This document shows positions 19,931 through 29,141 of a stretch of 47,801 nucleotides of DNA, piece by piece. Numbering within the stretch: position 1 is the stretch's first letter; every line of letters begins with the position of its first letter. The DNA comes from Anaerolineaceae bacterium (GTDB lineage Bacteria > Chloroflexota > Anaerolineae > Anaerolineales > Anaerolineaceae): the NCBI GenBank assembly GCA_035403345.1, contig DAONEZ010000001.1:1-47801 (forward strand). Reading direction: 5' to 3'. The notes beneath the pieces were generated by a model. It worked only from the letters and a program-made list of their open reading frames with translations. It had not been told where the DNA came from and searched no databases. Made by a program: the position numbers and the translations under genes.

Positions 19931-20125
19931 GTGACCATGGATCGCTGGCGTTCTCTTTTTTCTAATCTTAACCTTGCGGACGGCATCCTGGCGGGGCTGT
20001 TCCTGCTGGTGATGGCGCTGCTGGGCAACAGCCTGGCACCCGGACCGGGTGCACTCATCGGCATCCTGGCAGCGATCGTGCTGCTGGTCATCGCCAAGCG
20101 CAAGCGGGATAAATTACAAAAATAA
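19931..20125 (+). CDS. small hypothetical membrane protein
   Basis: 64-aa ORF with two hydrophobic helices and a KRKRDKLQK tail. No homology call. Start codon uncertain (GTG 19931 or ATG 19937). Confidence 0.4.
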   Translation: MTMDRWRSLFSNLNLADGILAGLFLLVMALLGNSLAPGPGALIGILAAIVLLVIAKRKRDKLQK

Positions 20126-20149
20126 TCCCGAAATCCCGAAATAACTCAA

Positions 20150-20181
20150 TTGACATAACTCTACAGTAAGTGTAGAGTTAT
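20150..20181 (+). promoter_or_regulatory. regulator-gene promoter (TTGACA-N17-TAGAGT) overlapped by dyad ACTCTACA-N5-TGTAGAGT
   Basis: ttgacATAACTCTACAgtaagTGTAGAGTTAT. The dyad (20158..20178) sits 5 bp further from the -35 than in the three target promoters. Confidence 0.65.
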
Positions 20182-20208
20182 GTAATATTATCGACAGGCA
20201 GGCGCAGG

Positions 20209-21039
20209 ATGAGATTCACCATCGGGCAGATCTCCAAACTCACCGGGATATCCGCTAGCGGCATCCGCTATTATGAAGAAGCGGGCGTGATCTCCCCCGT
20301 GCGAGGGAAGAACGGCAAGTACCGCGATTTCTCCATGCACGAGCTGCAACTGCTACTCACGTGCAAGCAATACCGTGATTGCGGGTTTAGTTTGCCCGAA
20401 TCCGTTGAACTGCTGAATAAGTCCGGCGTGCAGGACGTGCGGGATCAACTGGCCACACTGGCAGCGAAATTGAAGCAGACCATCACCCACAATCAACTGC
20501 TATATGAACTCATCGAACAGAAAAGCAATGAACTGGAATGTTTGTTTCACGAAGAGCCCTGCTGCGAATTGATCAATCATCCTGCGCTCTACCGCTTCAA
20601 GCTCTGGCAGCCGGGCGCGCCTGAGGAGATCTGTTTACCAGACGACCAGGTTGTTTATTGGATGAAACTAGCCCCATTCACTGACTCCTGTCTGCTGCTT
20701 TCCGCGGAAAACTTCCTCAACGGCACAGGCGACCTGGAGACGGATTGGGGTATGTCGATCGATGAGCGCTACGCCCAGGGTTTGAACCTGCAAACAGGGC
20801 CGCATGGAGTGTACTTCTCCTCCGGCGAGTGCGTGAAAACAGTGGTCCCGGTTACGGATGACCTGTGCATCCCCTCCGCCACTCTGCAACCTGCGCGCAA
20901 CTTTATGCTGAAACACCGGCTGCAGATGAGAGCCCCGGTTATCTCACGGATGTTTTACCTCACCAACACCAAAAACCGCTTCCAGCGCTACGACGAGCTT
21001 TGGATCCCGGTTGAGCAGGCAATTAAAGGTATTGGATGA
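20209..21039 (+). CDS. MerR-family transcriptional regulator with C-terminal effector-binding (GyrI-like, BmrR-type) domain
   Basis: 276 aa. N-terminal HTH MRFTIGQISKLTGISASGIRYYEEAGVISP..GKYRDFS, coiled-coil linker, ~165-aa C-terminal domain. Confidence 0.85.
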   Translation: MRFTIGQISKLTGISASGIRYYEEAGVISPVRGKNGKYRDFSMHELQLLLTCKQYRDCGFSLPESVELLNKSGVQDVRDQLATLAAKLKQTITHNQLLYELIEQKSNELECLFHEEPCCELINHPALYRFKLWQPGAPEEICLPDDQVVYWMKLAPFTDSCLLLSAENFLNGTGDLETDWGMSIDERYAQGLNLQTGPHGVYFSSGECVKTVVPVTDDLCIPSATLQPARNFMLKHRLQMRAPVISRMFYLTNTKNRFQRYDELWIPVEQAIKGIG

Positions 21040-21857
21040 AATTCAGTATCAGTCAAATCTCCAGGTTAACCGGTCTATCGCCCAGCGGCATCCGCTTTTA
21101 CGAGCGAACAGGCGTCATCTCCCCGCTGCGCAGTCCCCATGGCAAATACCGCGATTTTTCCATGCAGGAGCTGCAGTTGCTGCTCAATTGCAAGCAATAC
21201 CGAGATTGCGGATTCAGCATGAAGGAATCGCTGGAGCTTTTGAACAACTCCACGGTGCAGGATGTGAAAGAGCAATTGACGCTCCAATGCGAAAAACTTG
21301 AACAAATGGTTACCGAAAAACAACTGCTCCTGGAGCTGCTCAAACGCAAGACCCGTGAGATCGACTGCCTGTATCAAGAGCAGCCCTGCATTGAATTGAG
21401 CACCCTGCCCGCTGTGTTCCGCTTCAAACTCTGGCAACCCGGCGCGCAGGAAGGCAGCTTCACGCCCTATAATGAGGTCCTGCGCTGGCTCGAACTTGCG
21501 CCGCTGACCGTCTCCAGCCTGCTCATCCCGCAGGAGAGTTTCCTGCATGGCACGGGGAACCTCCAGGCGGATTGGGGTCTGTCCATTGAGGCCAGTTACT
21601 TGGAGCGCCTCAAGCGATCCACCGGAGCCTTCAGTGTGCATCACCCGCAGGCGATGTGCGTGCACACCTTTGTGAAGGTAAATGTAGATATGAGCATCCC
21701 GGCGGCGGAGTTGGAACCCGCCCGGAAGTTCATTGAGGAGCACCACCTGCAGGTCAACGGGCCGATCATCACAGGTCTGTTCTACCTGACCAACTACGCT
21801 GAAAAGCTCACGCGCATTGACCAGTTGCGCATACCGGTAATTCCTGCCCTTTCGTAA
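21036..21857 (+). CDS. MerR-family transcriptional regulator, paralog of the upstream gene
   Basis: 273 aa. MKFSISQISRLTGLSPSGIRFYERTGVISP..GKYRDFS. ATGA start/stop overlap with the preceding gene. Colinear similarity over the full length. Confidence 0.85.
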   Translation: MKFSISQISRLTGLSPSGIRFYERTGVISPLRSPHGKYRDFSMQELQLLLNCKQYRDCGFSMKESLELLNNSTVQDVKEQLTLQCEKLEQMVTEKQLLLELLKRKTREIDCLYQEQPCIELSTLPAVFRFKLWQPGAQEGSFTPYNEVLRWLELAPLTVSSLLIPQESFLHGTGNLQADWGLSIEASYLERLKRSTGAFSVHHPQAMCVHTFVKVNVDMSIPAAELEPARKFIEEHHLQVNGPIITGLFYLTNYAEKLTRIDQLRIPVIPALS

Positions 21858-21886
21858 ATTCACTTCCACCAATTTGTTAAAAACCC

Positions 21887-21917
21887 TTGACTTTACACAT
21901 TGTGTAGAGTGTATGCT
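21887..21917 (+). promoter_or_regulatory. MerR-type promoter TTGACT-N19-TATGCT containing dyad ACTTTACA-N5-TGTAGAGT
   Basis: ttgACTTTACAcattgTGTAGAGTgtatgct. The -10 ends 83 nt before ATG 22000. Confidence 0.75.
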
Positions 21918-21999
21918 ATTCACATTGTGAGGTGGAGAGCTGGACATCAAGTACGCCTTTCACCTGGCTAATCCCAATATTTTTGATCGGAGGAGTAAG

Positions 22000-23976
22000 A
22001 TGAGCAAGCCGAAGAAATTGAATCTGTCACGTCGAGATTTCATCAAAGGGGCAGCCATGGCAACCGGAGCAGGCATCCTGGCCGGCTGCGCACCCAAGGT
22101 GGCTGGAACTCTGACACCGACTGAGGCTCCTGCTGGACCGTCAGCACCAGCAGCCGCTGAACCGGGCGGCGGTGGAATGCCGTTTGGTAACCCTGCCACA
22201 CCTGCCACTGCTCCAGCCGGTTATGTCCTGGGATACACCAGCCAGGTGGATTGGCTGGGCAAGCCCCCTGTCATCGCCGACGCAGATATCGCTGATACAA
22301 AAGATGTCGAATTTTTAGTCATTGGTGCCGGGCATGCTGGTCTAATGGCTGCATTGAGTGCCGTGGAATTGGGTAAGAAGACCGCCATAATTGAAAAACG
22401 GGACGAAGCTGGATTCTATACCGATTACTGGCACCGCGTGGGTGAGGATATCGGTCATGTGAACTCCAAATGGTTGATTGACCGCGGTTATGGTCCTTAT
22501 GATACCGGTGAGATCGTGGATGAGTTCGTCAAGCGTTCCGGCGGACGGGTTGACCCGCGCCTTATCAAAATGTATGTTGAAAATTCCGGCGCTATGTTCG
22601 ACCATATGGTCGAAATCTACAAATCTTATGAAGATTTGCGCAAGGAACGCTTCAGCAAAGTGGAATTCACATATATTGGCGAAAATCCAAGTACAGTCAC
22701 ATACGATTTCTCGAACATGATGAGCGAGGAAATGCTCTTCAACCAGACTCAAAAAGGTCTCAAAGGCAGCGATTATCCCATTGAACTTAACGGATATAAG
22801 ACCTGGCCGACCAATGCCATGTTCCAGGGACCTGTGCTGCATCAACCCGTGATGCCGTTTGTGTCTGCTTTGCGCTATTTTGAAACGTTCATGGATCAGA
22901 AGGTGAAAGACCTGGGCGGTGAATACTACTACGAGCACACCGCAATCGTGCTCACCCAGGATGAAAGCGGCGCAGTCACAGGTGCGGTCGTCCAGAACAA
23001 AGAGGGGAAATACATCAAATTCGCGGCCTCCAAGGGTGTCCTGGTTGCCACTGGTGACTTCGGCGCCAACTCTGATATGTGCTGGGCGCTGATCAATGAC
23101 CAGATGGAGTGGGCGGAACGCGCCGGCAAAGCCAGGGGGCAGCTGGCTGGTATGTACCAGGATGGAGCTGGTCACAAAATGTGCTGCTGGGCTGGCGGAA
23201 TGATCGAACCGCTTCCGCGTCCCACCATGGGCATGGCCTCTGCAGCCGGTGGACCGTGGGGCATGACCCCCATGCTGCAACTTAATGCCGATGCAAAGCG
23301 CTACGCCAACGAAGCAGCTATCTGCTGGCTTGGACACGTAGCCTTAAGGCAACCCAAAGGTTTGTTGACATCTGTGACCGACAGCAAGTACATGGATTCG
23401 ATCACAATTGCAGGGCTCGATCACGGTGGACCCAACTTTGGACGCGGCGACCTGTGGGAGAAGGATTTCCAGGAAGATATGGCCAAGGTAATGGGTACCG
23501 GTTCCGCTGGTTCCCCTGTTCGAGGAATCACCGTCGCCGAGCGAAACGCCTCCAAGGTTTATGGCGCTAACACGCTCGAGGAACTGGCTGGTTACCTGGG
23601 GTATGAAGGCGCACTGGCAAAGACCTTCGTTGACTCGATCAACCGTTACAATGAGCTGTGCAAATCCGGGTTTGATGCTGACTACGGCAAGGATCCGAAG
23701 GCATTGATTCCCATCGACACTCCGCCGTTCTACGGCGTGGTAGGTCAGAACTCTGGACAAATGTCTATCGGACTGGTCACCCTGGCGGGTATGCTTACGG
23801 ATGAGAACCTGAACGTACTCAATAAGGAAGGCAAACCCATAAAGGGTCTCTATGTGGCCGGCAACACGTTGGGCGGTCGTTATGGCGAAGCGTATGTCAC
23901 GCCGTACGCAGGCAACTCGGTCGGCATGGCGCTCACGCACGGCTGGCTGGTCGGGAAAACCATCGCCGCATTGTAA
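22000..23976 (+). CDS. Tat-exported lipoprotein, FAD-dependent oxidoreductase (FAD_binding_2 / fumarate-reductase-KstD superfamily-like)
   Basis: 658 aa. Twin-arginine motif SRRDFIKGAA, lipobox LAGC, Pro/Ala/Gly linker, dinucleotide fold FLVIGAGHAGLMAA, C-terminal GLYVAGNTLGG...GNSVGMALTHG. Confidence 0.85.
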   Translation: MSKPKKLNLSRRDFIKGAAMATGAGILAGCAPKVAGTLTPTEAPAGPSAPAAAEPGGGGMPFGNPATPATAPAGYVLGYTSQVDWLGKPPVIADADIADTKDVEFLVIGAGHAGLMAALSAVELGKKTAIIEKRDEAGFYTDYWHRVGEDIGHVNSKWLIDRGYGPYDTGEIVDEFVKRSGGRVDPRLIKMYVENSGAMFDHMVEIYKSYEDLRKERFSKVEFTYIGENPSTVTYDFSNMMSEEMLFNQTQKGLKGSDYPIELNGYKTWPTNAMFQGPVLHQPVMPFVSALRYFETFMDQKVKDLGGEYYYEHTAIVLTQDESGAVTGAVVQNKEGKYIKFAASKGVLVATGDFGANSDMCWALINDQMEWAERAGKARGQLAGMYQDGAGHKMCCWAGGMIEPLPRPTMGMASAAGGPWGMTPMLQLNADAKRYANEAAICWLGHVALRQPKGLLTSVTDSKYMDSITIAGLDHGGPNFGRGDLWEKDFQEDMAKVMGTGSAGSPVRGITVAERNASKVYGANTLEELAGYLGYEGALAKTFVDSINRYNELCKSGFDADYGKDPKALIPIDTPPFYGVVGQNSGQMSIGLVTLAGMLTDENLNVLNKEGKPIKGLYVAGNTLGGRYGEAYVTPYAGNSVGMALTHGWLVGKTIAAL

Positions 23977-24000
23977 TTGCATCAAACTAAAAGTCGTTCC

Positions 24001-24034
24001 GGGGACTGCTGAGATTTCAGCAGTCCCCTTTTTT
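24001..24034 (+). terminator. rho-independent terminator
   Basis: GGGGACTGCTGA-gatt-TCAGCAGTCCCC followed by TTTTTT. Confidence 0.85.
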
Positions 24035-24079
24035 ATCAAAGCCAGTTGAAGAAAATAAAAAAATGAATCAAGAAACCAC

Positions 24080-24110
24080 TTGACTCTACAGTAGCTGTAG
24101 AGTCTATAAA
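24080..24110 (+). promoter_or_regulatory. MerR-type promoter TTGACT-N19-TATAAA containing dyad ACTCTACA-N5-TGTAGAGT
   Basis: ttGACTCTACAGtagCTGTAGAGTCtataaa (23-bp perfect palindrome). The -10 ends 82 nt before ATG 24192. Confidence 0.8.
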
Positions 24111-24191
24111 TATAGATGCAGGGGTGCGATTTTTGTAGATTCCGCCTCTTGCGGTGTTCCTGTTCCACATTCCATTCTGTCGGAGGAGAAG

Positions 24192-25919
24192 ATGAACAAG
24201 AAAGTAGATCTATCCCGTCGTAACTTTATGAAGGGGGCGGCGCTGGCTACCGGCGCCGGGATCCTGGCAGGCTGTGCACCCAAGACATCCACCCAGGCTC
24301 CAGCTGCACCCCAGGCACCGGTTGCTGCTGGTGCGCTGGACTGGCTGGGAACTGAGCCGGAGATCAAGGACATCGCAGAGACCGTTGAGAGCGATGTAAT
24401 CGTCATCGGCGCTGGCACCGGCGGTGCGTACGTGGCAGCCTCCTGCCTGGAAAAAGGGCTGAAGGTCGTTTTGCTGGAAAAGAACGACAAGCCCAGCACA
24501 GTACGCAACGACTGGGGTGCCATCGGTTCGAAGTGGCAGATCGAAGGCGGTGCCAAGGGATTGGATAAAGCCACCATCCTGCATTATCACGCCATGTATT
24601 GCGCCAACCGCATCGACCAGCGTTTGCCGCGCATCTGGGCGGATGAGAGCGCTGAAGCGATCGATTGGATCGGCGACCTCATCATCAGCAAGGGCGGCAT
24701 GTTCGATTGGGAAGGCGGCTACGAACCCGATTTTGAGCACACATCCTCCTATCCCAAGTTCCCCACCGGTCATAGCGCTTTCTGGCCTGGTCCTGACCTG
24801 AGCACCGCCAAGATGATGAAGGAATATATCGAGGGTATGGGCGGCAAGTACTATTTTGAGACACCTTTTGTGAAATTTGAGCATGAGGGTAAGAAGGTCA
24901 AAGCCGCCATTGGCAAGACCAAAGATGGCAAGTACATCCGCTTCGTGGGTAAAAAAGGCATCGTGCTGGCTACCGGCGGCTACCAGGGCAATGTGGAGAT
25001 GCTCAAGGCACTACAGCCGCAGGACCTGATGGTGATGAGCCCCATGGCAGGCCAACCCTCTCACACCGGTGACGGTCACAAAGCCTGCCTGTGGATGGGC
25101 GCTGCGTTTGACGAGTGCCACACCAGCATGATCTTCGACCGCTGGGGACTGCTGCCAAACGAGGTGACCGCCACCCAAACTGTTCCAACTTTGTTCTGGC
25201 TGGGCTCACAGCCCTGGCTCAAGGTGAACCTGCTGGGCGAGCGTTTCTGTAACGAGTCGCAGCCGTACGACTTCATCGTACACGCCGCTGCGCGCCAGCC
25301 GGGTAAGTGCTACGCCGCCATCATGGATTCTACCTGGTTCCAACAGGTACAGGAATTCCAGACAGTAGGCTGCAGCCGTATCTTCCCCTTCCCCAATGGC
25401 AGCCCGAACGATCAGCCCTTCTATGTTCCGCCTGGCACCGACCTGAAAGCCATTGAAGAGAACGGCAAGAAGATCTGGCAGGGCTACATCGACAGCGGTC
25501 ACCTGCAGCAGGCAGATACCCCTGAGGAATTGGCCAAAAAGTTGAACATCCCTGAGGCTACCTTCGCCGCAACCTTCAAGCGCTACAACGAACTGGCCAA
25601 GGCAGGCGAGGACCAGGACTTCTTCAAGGATTCCTACCGCTTCCTGCCGCTTGAGAAACCCCCTTATTACGGCATTCGCCTGACCGGCATGATCCTCTCC
25701 ACCATGGATGGCATCCGCATCGATACGCAAATGCGCCCCCTGGATGAGGAAAACGTACCGTTCGAGGGTCTACATGTCATCGGAGACACCTCAGGCAGTT
25801 ACTTCGCCCACACTTACCCCAACCTGTTCACCGGCTACGCCAACGGTCGCACCACCGTGTACGCCCGCCGCGTAGCGCGCATCCTGGCTGGCGAGCCCGT
25901 GGATCTGCCGAAAGCATAA
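24192..25919 (+). CDS. Tat-exported lipoprotein, FAD-dependent oxidoreductase (paralog 2)
   Basis: 575 aa. SRRNFMKGAALATGAGILAGC, VIVIGAGTGGAYVAA, ATGGYQGN, GLHVIGDTSGSYFAHTYPNLFTGYANGRT. Confidence 0.85.
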   Translation: MNKKVDLSRRNFMKGAALATGAGILAGCAPKTSTQAPAAPQAPVAAGALDWLGTEPEIKDIAETVESDVIVIGAGTGGAYVAASCLEKGLKVVLLEKNDKPSTVRNDWGAIGSKWQIEGGAKGLDKATILHYHAMYCANRIDQRLPRIWADESAEAIDWIGDLIISKGGMFDWEGGYEPDFEHTSSYPKFPTGHSAFWPGPDLSTAKMMKEYIEGMGGKYYFETPFVKFEHEGKKVKAAIGKTKDGKYIRFVGKKGIVLATGGYQGNVEMLKALQPQDLMVMSPMAGQPSHTGDGHKACLWMGAAFDECHTSMIFDRWGLLPNEVTATQTVPTLFWLGSQPWLKVNLLGERFCNESQPYDFIVHAAARQPGKCYAAIMDSTWFQQVQEFQTVGCSRIFPFPNGSPNDQPFYVPPGTDLKAIEENGKKIWQGYIDSGHLQQADTPEELAKKLNIPEATFAATFKRYNELAKAGEDQDFFKDSYRFLPLEKPPYYGIRLTGMILSTMDGIRIDTQMRPLDEENVPFEGLHVIGDTSGSYFAHTYPNLFTGYANGRTTVYARRVARILAGEPVDLPKA

Positions 25920-25940
25920 TCATACAGAACTTACCCAAAA

Positions 25941-25973
25941 TCAGCCCTCTTTCCCGAGAGGGTTGATTTTTTT
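25941..25973 (+). terminator. rho-independent terminator
   Basis: TCAGCCCTCT-ttcccg-AGAGGGTTGA (one G-U pair) followed by TTTTTTT. Confidence 0.8.
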
Positions 25974-26055
25974 CCAGGCATCAGATCCGATGCCATTTGC
26001 CAATATCAGGGCAGAATGTCATCATTTATTAGAGAAAGAACTCACCACAGTATCC

Positions 26056-26086
26056 TTGACTCTACAGTAACTGTAGAGTTTACAAT
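26056..26086 (+). promoter_or_regulatory. MerR-type promoter TTGACT-N19-TACAAT containing dyad ACTCTACA-N5-TGTAGAGT
   Basis: ttGACTCTACAGtaaCTGTAGAGTttacaat. The -10 ends 80 nt before ATG 26166. Confidence 0.8.
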
Positions 26087-26165
26087 AACGCGCTTCTAAT
26101 AGGATCTATGCCAGATCCGCTTATCAGTAGCAAGCCCAATTTTTATCCCTATATGGAGGAGCAAG

Positions 26166-27890
26166 ATGAGCAAAATAATAGATCAGTCCCGTCGTAACTT
26201 CATGAAAGGCGCAGCCCTGGCTACCGGCGCAGGTATCCTGGCCGGATGCGCGCCCAAAGTAGCCGCACCCGCTCCCGCGGCCACTGATGCACCGGCTGCT
26301 GCAGGTCCGGTGGATTGGCTAGGTGTTGAGCCCGAGATCGGCGATGTGGCCGAAACCGTGGAAACCGATGTCGTCGTGATTGGCGCTGGTACCGGCGGTG
26401 CTTACACAGCCGCGTCCTGCCTTGAAAAGGGTCTGCAGGTCGTGATCCTTGAAAAAGGTAAAACTGTCAGCACCCTGCGCAATGACTGGGGTTCCGTGGA
26501 TTCAAAATGGCAGCAGGCTGAAGGCGTGAAGCTCGACAAAGCCGCTATCCTGCACGTTCATTCCATGTACTCAGCCAACCGCATCGACCAACGCCTGCCC
26601 AAGATTTGGTTGGAAGAAAGCGGCGCTGCCATCACCTGGATCGGCGAGCTTCTCGAGAGCAAAGGCGCTAAATTCTATTACGAAGGCGGCTACGAACCCG
26701 ATTTCTCCCCCACCACCTACCCCAAGTTCCCCACCGGTCACAGCGGCGACTTCCCCAAGGGCACCGATGGCGCTTCCATCATGAAAGCGTACATCGAGGA
26801 ACTCGGCGGCAAGTATTACTTTGAGACCCCCTTCGTCAAGTTCGAACATGACGGCAAAAAAGTAACCGCCGCCATCGCCCAGAACAAAGAAGGCAAGTAC
26901 ATTCGTTTCATCGGCAAAAAAGGCATCGTCCTTTCCACCGGTGGTTACCAGGGCAACGTGGACATGCTCAAAGCCCTGCAGCCCGCTGATGTCATGCTCA
27001 TGATGCCCCCCGCTCCTGGCCCCAACTCTGGTGACGGCATCAAGGCTTGCCTGTGGATGGGCGCTGCCATGGACGAAACCCATGCCTCCATGCTGTTCGA
27101 CCGCATGGGATTGCTCCCCAACGAAACCCCTGCCAACATGACCGTGCCCGGGTTCTTCTGGCTCGGATCACAGCCCTGGCTCAAGGTGAACCTGCTGGGC
27201 GAGCGCTTCGTCAACGAATCTGGCCCCTATGATTTCATCCTGCATGCCGCTGCCCGCCAGCCCGGCGCAACCTACTGCGCCATCATGGACGCCGATTGGT
27301 TCAAACAGGTACAGCAGTACCAGACCATGGGCTGTTCCCGCATCTATCCCTTCCCCAATGGCAGCCCCAATGACGTCTTCAAGACCGGCGGACTGGAATC
27401 CACAGGGACCGACCTGGCAGTCATCGAACAGGAATGGACCGCCATCCTGGAAGGGTTGAAGACAAGCGGACACCTGCAGCAGGCCGATACCCCCGAAGAA
27501 CTGGCCGCCAAGCTGAACATCCCCGCGGAAACCTTTGCAGCCACCGTTGCGCGATACAATGAACTGGCCGCCGCCGGCGAAGACACTGACTTCTACAAGG
27601 ATTCCTACCGCCTGATGCCGCTCGCCAAGGCACCCTACATGGGCATCCGCCTGACCGGCTGGCTGCTCTCCACCCTCGATGGCATCCGCATCGACACCCA
27701 GATGCGCCCCATGGACGCCAACAACGTGCCCTTCGAAGGCCTGCATTTGGTCGGTGATTCCTCCGGCAGCTACTTCGCCCACACCTACCCCAACCTGTTC
27801 ACCGGGTATGCCAACGGCCGCACCACCACCTTTGCCCGCCGCGTAGCCCGCGTCCTGGCTGGTGAGCCTGTTGAATTGCCGAAAGCCTAA
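26166..27890 (+). CDS. Tat-exported lipoprotein, FAD-dependent oxidoreductase (paralog 3, close to paralog 2)
   Basis: 574 aa. Colinear with 24192..25919, roughly 70% identical by eye. Same Tat, lipobox and FAD motifs. Confidence 0.85.
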   Translation: MSKIIDQSRRNFMKGAALATGAGILAGCAPKVAAPAPAATDAPAAAGPVDWLGVEPEIGDVAETVETDVVVIGAGTGGAYTAASCLEKGLQVVILEKGKTVSTLRNDWGSVDSKWQQAEGVKLDKAAILHVHSMYSANRIDQRLPKIWLEESGAAITWIGELLESKGAKFYYEGGYEPDFSPTTYPKFPTGHSGDFPKGTDGASIMKAYIEELGGKYYFETPFVKFEHDGKKVTAAIAQNKEGKYIRFIGKKGIVLSTGGYQGNVDMLKALQPADVMLMMPPAPGPNSGDGIKACLWMGAAMDETHASMLFDRMGLLPNETPANMTVPGFFWLGSQPWLKVNLLGERFVNESGPYDFILHAAARQPGATYCAIMDADWFKQVQQYQTMGCSRIYPFPNGSPNDVFKTGGLESTGTDLAVIEQEWTAILEGLKTSGHLQQADTPEELAAKLNIPAETFAATVARYNELAAAGEDTDFYKDSYRLMPLAKAPYMGIRLTGWLLSTLDGIRIDTQMRPMDANNVPFEGLHLVGDSSGSYFAHTYPNLFTGYANGRTTTFARRVARVLAGEPVELPKA

Positions 27891-27915
27891 GTATTTTTTG
27901 CACAATAGATGAATC

Positions 27916-27950
27916 TCAGCCCTTGCCTATCAGGCAGGGGCTGATTTTTC
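27916..27950 (+). terminator. rho-independent terminator
   Basis: TCAGCCCTTGCCT-atc-AGGCAGGGGCTGA followed by TTTTT. Confidence 0.8.
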
Positions 27951-27994
27951 TTCACGTGATACACTAATTAAATGATTTCACTGGAGGTGTAGGG

Positions 27995-28852
27995 ATGAAA
28001 CGGATGATTGTCAACGCGGATGATTATGGGCATACCCCCGGAGTGGCGCAGGGCATCCGCCGGGCCCACCTGCAGGGTATCGTCACCTCCACGAGCGCCA
28101 TGATGAACCGCCCGGCGGCGTTCGCCGAGGTGGCCCGGACTGCGGAGCTCTGCCCGCGGCTGGGCGTAGGCGTGCACCTGGTGCTCACCTCGGGTGTGCC
28201 CGAGCTGCCGCCGGAGCAGGTGCCTTCGCTGGTACTGCCGGATGGGCATTTCCCCAGGCTGGATGGGTTTATCGACCGGCTGCCCGGGCTGAATCTGGAC
28301 GAGGTCAGCGCGGAATGGCACGCCCAGGTGGAAAAATTCATCCAGGCGCGCGAGGCGCTGCCCGACCACCTGGATTCACACCACCACTCATCGTATTTCA
28401 CCGCGCCCCTGTTCGAGCGCATGCTGCGCCTGGCAGAGGAACTGGGTTGCCCAATACGCAAACCATTTGCCGAAATGTCAGCCGCCGGGGCGGAATACCT
28501 GCCCGCGCACCTGGCAGGAGCACCGGGGTACGGCTACACCCCAGAACAGGGACAGCGCTTGCCGCTCACCACGGATAAATTCATCACCGCTTTCTGCGAC
28601 CAGGGGGCTACCCTGGAAAACCTGCTGCACATCCTGCGTGAGATACGCGACGACCATCATCATGAGACCTTTGAGCTCATGTGCCACCCTGCCGTGGTAA
28701 ACGAGGAACTGATGGCCATCTCGGACTATAACGAACCGCGCGGTCGTGAGTTGGAAATACTGACCAGCGCGGAGATGAAGGCCGCAGTAAAAGCAGCTGG
28801 CATTGAATTGATCAGTTTTGGGCAACTGCTAAAGACCTGGCAGGCAGATTAA
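27995..28852 (+). CDS. YdjC/ChbG-family carbohydrate deacetylase
   Basis: 285 aa. N-terminal MIVNADDYGHTPGV motif and HLDSHHH metal-site motif typical of the YdjC family. GGAGGTGTAGGG RBS. Confidence 0.85.
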   Translation: MKRMIVNADDYGHTPGVAQGIRRAHLQGIVTSTSAMMNRPAAFAEVARTAELCPRLGVGVHLVLTSGVPELPPEQVPSLVLPDGHFPRLDGFIDRLPGLNLDEVSAEWHAQVEKFIQAREALPDHLDSHHHSSYFTAPLFERMLRLAEELGCPIRKPFAEMSAAGAEYLPAHLAGAPGYGYTPEQGQRLPLTTDKFITAFCDQGATLENLLHILREIRDDHHHETFELMCHPAVVNEELMAISDYNEPRGRELEILTSAEMKAAVKAAGIELISFGQLLKTWQAD

Positions 28853-29141
28853 TACAGCATAATTCCGCGATTTTGCGGAGTAATTTGCCATATCTGAGTG
28901 ATGGATGGATGTAGGCGGCACTCCAGGTAAATCCCTCTATCTCCTTCATCAGGGGAGCGGCTGTTCATAATAACAAGTTCAGGCACTAATTCTCTCATAT
29001 GTCCAATGAAATTCGCATCCAGGCTACTGATGATCTCCCCTTGACTGATTGTTTCAGTGCAAGAGCCCACTCCCACGCAACCTCGAGGTCATCGCTGATG
29101 ACCAACTCAAGCTCCATGGTACTCAGTCCTTCCTGATTCAT
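28849..29141 (-). pseudogene. possible frameshifted small gene in an AT-rich gap
   Basis: ATG 29141 opens a 50-codon frame (MNQEGLSTMELELVISDDLEVAWEWALALKQSVKG...). It continues sensibly only after a -1/+1 shift into track ORF 28849..29076 (...GEIISSLDANFIGHMRELVPELV...). No family recognised. Confidence 0.25.

Noticed and set aside
20126-20146. Direct repeat aatcccgaaatcccgaa after the small membrane ORF
   Set aside because: It is only two 8-nt copies with no hairpin or conserved partner elsewhere in the window, so it is likely chance.
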